Assembly (NCBI GenBank): GCA_041191345.1
Contig: JBEEOY010000114.1
Location: forward strand, 2,143-66,142
Direction of reading: 5' to 3'
DNA length: 64,000 nt
Origin: Pseudomonadota bacterium
GTDB taxonomy: Bacteria > Pseudomonadota > Alphaproteobacteria > Sphingomonadales > Sphingomonadaceae
Shown: positions 15,418 to 22,735 of the stretch, piece by piece
How the letters are laid out: each line of letters starts with the position of its first letter
Position numbering within the stretch: the first letter of the stretch is position 1
Notes under the pieces: model-generated
The model's database searches: none
Seen by the model: the letters and a program-made list of their open reading frames with translations, nothing else
What the model was told of the DNA's origin: nothing
Position numbers and translations under genes: made by a program

Positions 15418-15425
15418 GGCGGATC

Positions 15426-16925
15426 TTAACTTTCATCCACGCCGATTGTGAGGCCAAGGTCGGGCACACCAATGGATCGGCGCCCGCCAAAATCGGTGCG
15501 GACCACAATCAACCCATTTTTTTCCATATGCTCAATCAATCGACGCACGCGTCCGGGGGATCGGGTGCCATAGGCTTGCGCAAGCGCATCATCGCTGGGG
15601 CAAACGCCGCCGGATTGCGCTGCACGCGCAATTAACAAAAACGGAGCCAGCATATCATCTGGAACGCGCTGGGCGATGACCATAATCTCGGCACAACGCG
15701 GATCAGTTGGATCCATAATGCCGGCCAAAGCGGCCGCCAACCGGCGTTCAAATTCGGGCAAGCCCAATGGCGCCCGGGGTAGTTTTTGCATCCGGCAGCG
15801 CACCGTGAAATCCTGATACAGCGTTGCCTTGGGCTGAAAGGCGCACTCGGCATCTGCCACCATATCTGCCAGCACTGCGCGGACAATTGCCTCAACATCC
15901 TCAGCCTGCTCAGCGTGCTCCGCCGGGGCTAAGGCGGGGCGCTCCCCCTCTGCTGCTAAAGGCGTCACAGGCAAATCGGCCAAGGCTGCCATTTGGTCCA
16001 ACAAGGCACTGCTAGGCGGTGGTGCAGGCGGTGATGGCGGCAGAGATGTGCGCTCTTCTGCCTCAAAATTAAATAATTTGGCCTGCATACTGGCCCCATC
16101 TGCCTCGGGCAGAGGCAATAAGCTGTGCGTCCCCATGCGCGTACTGGTGCGAACCGAACCAATGCGAATAGAAACGGGCCTGCGGCAAATGGCAGGGCCT
16201 AGCGCCAAGAACTGGCCGCGATCCAAATCCCGGATCATTTCTGCCTGTTTGCGTTCCATGCCCAGCAAATCTGCGGCACGTGCCATATCAATATCCAGAA
16301 ATGTTCGGCCCATGAGGAAGTTAGAAGCCTCTGCCGCCACATTCTTGGCCAGCTTTGCCAGACGTTGGGTCGCAATAATCCCGGCCAAGCCGCGCTTGCG
16401 GCCCCGGCACATCAGGTTCGTCATCGCGCCTAGGCTTAGGCGGCGCGTTTCATCACTGACATCTCCAGCAACAGCAGGCGCAAACATCTGCGCCTCATCC
16501 ACCACAACAAGAGCGGGGTACCAATGCTCACGCGGGGCATCGAACAAGGTTGACAAAAAGGCGGCGGCACAGCGCATCTGCGCCTCGAGCTCTAGATTAT
16601 CGAGCGCAAGGACTAAAGAGGCCCGATGTTCCCGCACACGCGCGGCCATCTTAACAATCTCGCGCCCGTCATAGGCCCCAGCATCAATAACAATATGGCC
16701 AAATTCATCGGCCAGCGTCACGAAATCCCCTTCAGGATCAATCACCACTTGCTGCACTTGGCCAGCGCTCTCTTCCAACAAGCGGCGCAACAAATGCGAT
16801 TTTCCCGACCCGCTATTGCCCTGCACAAGCAATCGCGTCGCCAATAGCTCTTCAATGTCGATATGGACCGGCGCGCCAAGCTTGTCGGTGCCGATGTTGA
16901 TGCTGGGTTTCACGCCTGTCGCCAT
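15426..16925 (-). CDS. HerA/FtsK-like (DUF87-type) P-loop ATPase fused to a Pro-rich linker and a C-terminal winged-helix-like domain
   Basis: Walker A LLVQGNSGSGKSHLL. Walker B ALVVVDEAQMF. Linker SLPPSPPAPPPSS. C-terminus RVRRLIEHMEKNGLIVVRTDFGGRRSIG. The start is ATG 16925 (MATGVKP) or 16949. Confidence 0.75.
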   Translation of the reverse strand: MATGVKPSINIGTDKLGAPVHIDIEELLATRLLVQGNSGSGKSHLLRRLLEESAGQVQQVVIDPEGDFVTLADEFGHIVIDAGAYDGREIVKMAARVREHRASLVLALDNLELEAQMRCAAAFLSTLFDAPREHWYPALVVVDEAQMFAPAVAGDVSDETRRLSLGAMTNLMCRGRKRGLAGIIATQRLAKLAKNVAAEASNFLMGRTFLDIDMARAADLLGMERKQAEMIRDLDRGQFLALGPAICRRPVSIRIGSVRTSTRMGTHSLLPLPEADGASMQAKLFNFEAEERTSLPPSPPAPPPSSALLDQMAALADLPVTPLAAEGERPALAPAEHAEQAEDVEAIVRAVLADMVADAECAFQPKATLYQDFTVRCRMQKLPRAPLGLPEFERRLAAALAGIMDPTDPRCAEIMVIAQRVPDDMLAPFLLIARAAQSGGVCPSDDALAQAYGTRSPGRVRRLIEHMEKNGLIVVRTDFGGRRSIGVPDLGLTIGVDES

Positions 16926-17064
16926 GACGCACCACTCCGCCTCGAGCAAGGCGGCTGCCGGAAAAGGCTATTTCAGATGTGTAAAACCATGGATTTGGCG
17001 GCCCAAATTGGGGCAGCTATATTCGCCCCTACCCATAAGCCGCTGCATCCTCTAGAACAAACAG

Positions 17065-18093
17065 ATGAGCAGACCGGGGCAGCGGCGCACAACCGCCTAT
17101 GACATCGCGTATAAGCTGGGCATTGCCCAGTCCACGGTGTCGCGCGCGCTGAACGGCAATAAAAATGTTAGCCCAGCCATGCGCCAGCGTGTGCTGCTGG
17201 CTGCCCAAGAGCTAAATTATTCCGTCAATCAAGCTGCCGCTCGATTGCGGACCAAAAGCACCAAGACGTTGGCGCTGGTTGTCCTTCACCGGCCTGATGA
17301 AGGCCCGACTGAAATAAACCCCTTTTACTTTTCCCTCCTTGGTTGTGTTGGCGCATCGGCCGCTGCGCGCGGCTATGACTTGCTGGTTTCGTTCCAAGAT
17401 GTGGGGGGGCAGCTTTTTGGCTATTTTGAAGATAGCCGGCAGGCCGATGGGCTGATTGTGATTGGCAGTTCCCAAAATGAAGACGCCTGGCGTTACTTCA
17501 AAGGCATTGCTGATGATGGTTATTCCGTTGTCTTCTTTGGATCACCTTATTCCACCGAAACTGCGGTGCGCGCGGACAACCGCACTGGTGGTGCCATGGC
17601 GGCACGCCATTTGGTTGAACAAGGCTGTCGGCGCATTGCCTATATTGGCCCGCCCAGTCCGGCCCAGCAGCAATTTGAGGCCCGTTTTGCAGGATTTGCG
17701 GCAGAATTGGCCAAACAAGGGCTCGACCCGATTATTGCGCCCATCCCATCTGGCGAGAGCAAAGAAGAACAAGGGGCCGCCGCCATTGCCGCGCTGCTTG
17801 ATGCTGGGGCAGAGTTTGACGGTGTTTTTGCGGTAACGGACTTGTTCGCACTGGGCGTGCTGCAAAAGCTGCAAGAGCGGGGGGTTGATGTCCCCCACGC
17901 TGTGTCCGTTGTCGGCTTTGATGGTATTCGCGCCGGGCTCTACGCCTACCCCACGCTGACCACGATTGAGCAAGATTTGGGACGCGCCGGCGAGATGCTG
18001 GTCGATAATGTGATCGCCGCGATTAACGGGGAAAGCCCAGCTTTGGACCCTGTCCCCGTCAATCTGCAAATCCGCGGCAGCAGCCGATCTTAA
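17065..18093 (+). CDS. LacI family transcriptional regulator
   Basis: 342 aa. HTH TAYDIAYKLGIAQSTVSRALNGNKNVS, then a periplasmic-binding-protein-like sugar-binding fold. Confidence 0.9.
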   Translation: MSRPGQRRTTAYDIAYKLGIAQSTVSRALNGNKNVSPAMRQRVLLAAQELNYSVNQAAARLRTKSTKTLALVVLHRPDEGPTEINPFYFSLLGCVGASAAARGYDLLVSFQDVGGQLFGYFEDSRQADGLIVIGSSQNEDAWRYFKGIADDGYSVVFFGSPYSTETAVRADNRTGGAMAARHLVEQGCRRIAYIGPPSPAQQQFEARFAGFAAELAKQGLDPIIAPIPSGESKEEQGAAAIAALLDAGAEFDGVFAVTDLFALGVLQKLQERGVDVPHAVSVVGFDGIRAGLYAYPTLTTIEQDLGRAGEMLVDNVIAAINGESPALDPVPVNLQIRGSSRS

Positions 18094-18107
18094 GCTGCTT
18101 TTTGGCC

Positions 18108-18899
18108 TCAGGCCATGCCCTTGGACAAATCCATCCGCGAGGCATCGCCAATTTGCGAGCCGCCATCACAATCCAAAATTGTCCCTGTGATATAAGCCGC
18201 TGCAGGCGAAGAGAGGAAAACGGCACATTCGGCCACTTCCTCAATCTCGCCCCAACGCTTCATGGCAATCCGGTCAAAATGGCTTTGCCGCGTTGCGGAA
18301 TCGGGGGCAAGGCGCGCCATGCCTTCGGTATTGGCAATCGGACCTGGCGAAATGCCGTTCACGCGCACATGGGGGCCCCATTCCAGCGCCAGCACGCGGA
18401 TCAACTGGTTGATGCCTGCCTTGGCGGCACAAGCATGGGCTTGCAGCGCCGACGCGTTGATCGCTTGACCTGCCGTAATCGCAATCAGCGAGGCACCGGG
18501 CAGATTGAGCAGATCGTGACAGCCGCGAAACACATTAAAAGTGCCGTTCAAATCAATATCGACAACGGTGCGGAACGCGTTGGCCGACATCCCTAAGACA
18601 GGCGCAAGGAAGTTGCCTGCCGCACCTGAAACCACAATGTCCATCTTGCCGAAGCGATCAACAATCTGCTCCATGGCGCCGCGAATGGCGGCATAATCGC
18701 GCACATCGGCAGATAATCCCATGGCATCAGAGCCAATTTCGCGGGCGGCATTGGCTGCTTTTTCGGGGTTGCGGCCACAAACAGCCACCTTGGCCCCCAA
18801 TTGCGCATAGCGTTTGGCAATGCCCAAATTAATGCCGCTGGTGCCGCCTGCCACAAAGGCAACTTTGCCGACCAAAAGATCATCCCGAAATGTTTGCAT
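18108..18899 (-). CDS. SDR family oxidoreductase (2,4-dienoyl-CoA reductase-like)
   Basis: 263 aa. Cofactor motif VAFVAGGTSGINLGIA. Catalytic region HACAAKAG. Confidence 0.88.
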   Translation of the reverse strand: MQTFRDDLLVGKVAFVAGGTSGINLGIAKRYAQLGAKVAVCGRNPEKAANAAREIGSDAMGLSADVRDYAAIRGAMEQIVDRFGKMDIVVSGAAGNFLAPVLGMSANAFRTVVDIDLNGTFNVFRGCHDLLNLPGASLIAITAGQAINASALQAHACAAKAGINQLIRVLALEWGPHVRVNGISPGPIANTEGMARLAPDSATRQSHFDRIAMKRWGEIEEVAECAVFLSSPAAAYITGTILDCDGGSQIGDASRMDLSKGMA

Positions 18900-18919
18900 A
18901 TTACTCTCCTAAAATCCGT

Positions 18920-19705
18920 TTAGTCGCGGCGCTGGGTGCGGCCCCGATCCATCACAGCCAGGCGGCGGCGTTCAACCTCATCTGCCGACACTTGGCCATT
19001 TGCCGCGCCAGAAATCTGCGCCTCCAGCGCCATCCCATCGCCAAAGCTGCGCTCAAAACCTTGATTGATAAGCGCCTTATACGCCTTGAGCATCGCGGGA
19101 TCGATGCTGGCCATATCCGCCGCCAACGCACGCGCCGTGGGCAGCAAATCTTCTGGCGCAACCACGCGATTCACCAAGCCCCAGTCACGCGCAGTCTGCG
19201 CATCCAAAAAATTGCCCGTGAACGACAATTCGCGCGCGCGGTAAATGCCAATGAGCCGGGATAGTTTTTGAGACAAGCCCCATCCCGGCAATATGCCAAC
19301 GCGCGCATGGGTGTCGGCAAAGCGCGCATTGGTAGAGGCGATGAGGACATCGCAGGCCAATGCCAATTCAAAACCACCCGTAATTGCCACACCATTAATT
19401 GCGCCAATCACAGGCTTGGAGCAGCCTTCAATGGCTTTTACTGGGTTGCGCGGCGCATCTGTGGCATTGGCATCGCCCAAGTTGCTTGTATCTGCGCCCA
19501 GCTCTTTAAGGTCGAGCCCAGCGGTAAAAGCGCGGTTCCCCGCCCCTGTTAAAATGACCACATGAATGGACGGGTCTGCCTCAAGCTCTACCATTGTTGC
19601 AGCCAATTCAGCACGCAGCGCCGCCGACAACGCATTCATTGCCTCAGGCCGGTTCAACGTCACCACGGCAACATTGCCATCACAGTCCAGTGTCACGAGG
19701 GGCAT
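18920..19705 (-). CDS. enoyl-CoA hydratase/isomerase (crotonase) family protein
   Basis: 261 aa. VVTLNRPEAMNAL, FTAGLDLKE, INGVAITGGFELALACD. RBS AAGGAG. Confidence 0.9.
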   Translation of the reverse strand: MPLVTLDCDGNVAVVTLNRPEAMNALSAALRAELAATMVELEADPSIHVVILTGAGNRAFTAGLDLKELGADTSNLGDANATDAPRNPVKAIEGCSKPVIGAINGVAITGGFELALACDVLIASTNARFADTHARVGILPGWGLSQKLSRLIGIYRARELSFTGNFLDAQTARDWGLVNRVVAPEDLLPTARALAADMASIDPAMLKAYKALINQGFERSFGDGMALEAQISGAANGQVSADEVERRRLAVMDRGRTQRRD

Positions 19706-19736
19706 TGGAGTCTCCTTTGCCCCTTGATCGGCCAGC

Positions 19737-19752
19737 TTGACGTTTACGTCAA
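19737..19752. promoter_or_regulatory. operator-like inverted repeat TTGACGT-N2-ACGTCAA upstream of the hydratase/SDR operon
   Basis: 7+7 perfect arms read directly. Centre ~40 nt upstream of ATG 19705. Confidence 0.35.
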
Positions 19753-19762
19753 TAACGGCGGG

Positions 19763-20692
19763 TTAGATGAGCCGTTCTTGCGCAGACCGGACACTGCCCA
19801 GATAGCGCGTCATGGCATCTGCTGCGGCGTCTGACAGGCGGATGAAGACGCGCCGCCCATCGACCGGATCGGAAACTCGCTCAAACAAGCCATTTTCCGT
19901 CATCATTCTAATCCAACGCAGCGCTGTGGTTGGGGGCACGGCGGACGCGATGCACAGGCTGGAAACAGCCACTTGCACACGCTCTAACCGTGCAGCCATC
20001 AAATCCAACAGCATATCCCAAGCGGGATCTGCAAACAGGCCGGGATCAAAAAACCGATCCCGCAGCCGCCGCATACGGATGAGCCCCCGAATTTCGCGCG
20101 CACTAGGCGGGCTATCGGTGCCAGCGGGCTCGCCAAAAAAACTGGGGCGCACATCCCCAAGACTGGGGTCGGATAAGGGCGCTTGGGCTGAAAGATTGGC
20201 CAGCGTCCGCGCAATACGGCCCACTTCATCCGCGAGACGTTGAAGGCGAGCAGCATCCACATCGCGCGAGACATCAGACAAGATCCCCGGCCGGCTGCTC
20301 AGCGCAACAGAAATGGACGCCGCATAATCTGCACTATCTGGATCAATCAAAATAGCATGGCAGCTGGCCCATAGTGTTTCTGGAAGATTGTCCAACATCG
20401 CCAACGAGGCTGACAAAATGACTGGGCAGTGGATACGAGCCGCATCTTGAGCAAGGCGAGCCAGCCGCGCAACATCATCCAGCGACGGACAGGTCATAAT
20501 CAGCAAATCGGGCGCAGGCGACAAATGAGGCTCATTCATGCCAGCGCCAAATTGTGTATAGGCAAGCCGCAGCCCCATACCAAGCACGGCCTGGGCAAGC
20601 GTTGCGGGCAGATCAGGCTCTGTGGACGCAATCTGCACCAAGGGGGAAAATACAGCATTCTGCCCGACGAAATCATCCATAACGCGCCTCAT
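19763..20692 (-). CDS. winged-helix (MarR-like) DNA-binding protein with an uncharacterised N-terminal domain
   Basis: 309 aa. C-terminus FADPAWDMLLDLMAARLERVQVAVSSLCIASAVPPTTALRWIRMMTENGLFERVSDPVDGRRVFIRLS. Confidence 0.6.
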   Translation of the reverse strand: MRRVMDDFVGQNAVFSPLVQIASTEPDLPATLAQAVLGMGLRLAYTQFGAGMNEPHLSPAPDLLIMTCPSLDDVARLARLAQDAARIHCPVILSASLAMLDNLPETLWASCHAILIDPDSADYAASISVALSSRPGILSDVSRDVDAARLQRLADEVGRIARTLANLSAQAPLSDPSLGDVRPSFFGEPAGTDSPPSAREIRGLIRMRRLRDRFFDPGLFADPAWDMLLDLMAARLERVQVAVSSLCIASAVPPTTALRWIRMMTENGLFERVSDPVDGRRVFIRLSDAAADAMTRYLGSVRSAQERLI

Positions 20693-20813
20693 GCCTGCCC
20701 CAATTGGGCATCATGACGCTATGGTGCCTCCATTTTGGCAGAAAGTCGCCCCAAAAACGCTCCATTCCCGACAAAGCCCAGTCCATAACTGCACCAAAGC
20801 CGGACAAAAGCGG

Positions 20814-21482
20814 CTAGACTGACGCGCGGGTTAAGCGCAGCATATCCTCATTATGATGGACAAATTGCCCCGCCTCTTCAGCGCCCGTAAGCGCAAGCAT
20901 GGACTGAGCAACACTTGCCGCCGCAATGGAGCGATAGCGCGACAAAACTTGCGGCGTTAAAACATCTGTGATGGGGCTGAGCGCGATGGCCAGCCGCTCC
21001 CCCAGCCGCAAGCGCCCTGCCCGCTGGCCGCGGAGTAAGCCAGGCCGCACAATATCGATCCGCTCAAAACCAATATTGGCAATAGCTGTTTCTGCCTTAC
21101 CTTTGGTTGCCAGATAAAAGTTGCGCGAGGCGGCGTGCGCCCCAACTGAGGATATCATCAGAAACTGCCGGGTGCCCGCACCGCAGGCCGCCCGCGCAAA
21201 AGCTAGCACCAAATCATGATCTACAGCGAAGAAAGCCTCTTGCGAGCCTGCATCGCGAATGGTGGTTCCCAAGGCCGAGCAGGCAACATCAAAGCCGCCC
21301 TCCATCAATTGCGGCCATTGATCTGCAGAGCCAATCCGCTCTTCCAGCTTCGCGTGCGCAAGGCCCGAGGGCCGACGACCAACGGAAACAACGGCGTCAA
21401 TCCGGGGCGCAGCGCACAAAAGATTAAGGAGCTGCCGGCCAACTAGGCCCGTCCCTCCGGCAATAATAACGCGCAAGAGCAT
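20814..21482 (-). CDS. NAD(P)H-binding (atypical SDR / NmrA-like) protein
   Basis: 222 aa. Rossmann motif VIIAGGTGLVGRQLL. Confidence 0.8.
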   Translation of the reverse strand: MLLRVIIAGGTGLVGRQLLNLLCAAPRIDAVVSVGRRPSGLAHAKLEERIGSADQWPQLMEGGFDVACSALGTTIRDAGSQEAFFAVDHDLVLAFARAACGAGTRQFLMISSVGAHAASRNFYLATKGKAETAIANIGFERIDIVRPGLLRGQRAGRLRLGERLAIALSPITDVLTPQVLSRYRSIAAASVAQSMLALTGAEEAGQFVHHNEDMLRLTRASV

Positions 21483-21518
21483 TCCCCCAAATGCAACTCA
21501 AGCGGCAACGCTAGCATT

Positions 21519-21535
21519 TTGCACGCAGAGTGCAA
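21519..21535. promoter_or_regulatory. operator-like palindrome TTGCAC-N5-GTGCAA (followed by TGC); copy 1 of 2 in the window
   Basis: Reads cattTTGCACgcagaGTGCAAtgcgc. Centre 45 nt upstream of ATG 21482. A near-identical site lies at 54145-54161. Confidence 0.4.
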
Positions 21536-21569
21536 TGCGCGTCTGGGCAAGGGGCGTTTATCCCGTGAC

Positions 21570-22730
21570 TTAAAAGCTATCCGGCAGGTCTACCGCGCCA
21601 ATCAACTCTCTATGCCGGGAAATGGCATAACGGTCTGTCATTCCAGCAATAAAATCTGCAATATGCCGGTCCAACGCAGGTTGATCTTCAGGCGCATCTG
21701 TGCGCCATTCCTCGGGCAGTAAATTGCGATCTGCATGATAGGCTGCAAACAGCGATGTCACAATTGATCGGCAGGTTGCCGCAATCTCTAATTGTCGCGG
21801 ATGATGGTATAAATTGGCGTACATAAAGCGTTTTAAATCTGCCTCGCCTTGCGCCATCGCCGGTGAAAACCCAACCAACGCCGTTGGTGCGTGCCGAACA
21901 TCCGCTTCTGTTTCGACGCCATAATGCGCAATGCGGCGCTGGGTTTCAGCAATCACATCATTCACCATTGCACCAATCTGGCTACGGACCATTTCTGCAG
22001 CCAAGAGGCGCCGGTCTGCATTGGGAAAGCGATCACGAACTTGGGGCCAGCCTTCGCGCACCAAAGGGGCATCCATCACCTGATCAAAATCGAGCAAACC
22101 GGCGCGCAGACCATCATCAATATCATGATTGTCATAAGCAATATCGTCCGCAATGGCGGCTACTTGTGCCTCCAACGACGCCCGCTTTGCCAAATCTAAA
22201 GGAAAGGCAGCGTCTACATCTGCCATGGCCCAGCCCGGCGCGTAAATAGGGCCATTATGCTTGGCAAGGCCCTCAAGCGTTTCCCAGCTCAGGTTCAGCC
22301 CCGGCCAATTGGGATAGACACGTTCCAACCGCGTCAAAATCCGCAGACTATGGCCATTATGGTCAAAGCCGCCTGAAGCCGCCATTGCCTGTTCCAGCCC
22401 TGCCTCGCCGGCATGGCCAAAGGGAGGGTGGCCAATATCATGCGCCAAACACAAGGCTTCTGTAAGGTCTTCATCCAAACCTAAGGCGCGTGCAATTGTC
22501 CGGCCAATCTGGGCCACTTCAATACTATGCGTCAGACGAACTCGAAAATGATCCCCATCGGGGGCTACAAAAACCTGCGTTTTATGCCGTAACCGCCGAA
22601 AAGAAATGGAGTGAACAATCCGGTCCCGATCCCGCTGAAACTCGCTGCGTGGGCCACGGACCCCCGTGCCTGTTTCAGCATATTGCCGGCCGCGACTGCA
22701 CAGCGGATCACAAGCAAAGGCAGCTCTCAT
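21570..22730 (-). CDS. deoxyguanosinetriphosphate triphosphohydrolase-like HD-domain protein
   Basis: HD motifs HSIEVAQIGRTIA and HDIGHPPFGH. The start is ATG 22730, or TTG 22739 which overlaps the SPOR-gene stop. Confidence 0.9.
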   Translation of the reverse strand: MRAAFACDPLCSRGRQYAETGTGVRGPRSEFQRDRDRIVHSISFRRLRHKTQVFVAPDGDHFRVRLTHSIEVAQIGRTIARALGLDEDLTEALCLAHDIGHPPFGHAGEAGLEQAMAASGGFDHNGHSLRILTRLERVYPNWPGLNLSWETLEGLAKHNGPIYAPGWAMADVDAAFPLDLAKRASLEAQVAAIADDIAYDNHDIDDGLRAGLLDFDQVMDAPLVREGWPQVRDRFPNADRRLLAAEMVRSQIGAMVNDVIAETQRRIAHYGVETEADVRHAPTALVGFSPAMAQGEADLKRFMYANLYHHPRQLEIAATCRSIVTSLFAAYHADRNLLPEEWRTDAPEDQPALDRHIADFIAGMTDRYAISRHRELIGAVDLPDSF

Positions 22731-22735
22731 CGCGG

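Noticed and set aside
21519-21535. Reading TTGCAC-N5-GTGCAA as a sigma-54 promoter (TGGCAC-N5-TTGCA) or as an NtrC site.
   Set aside because: The invariant GG at -24 is TG here, and TTGC at -12 is GTGC. NtrC half-sites are spaced N7, not N5. It is kept only as an unassigned palindromic operator.
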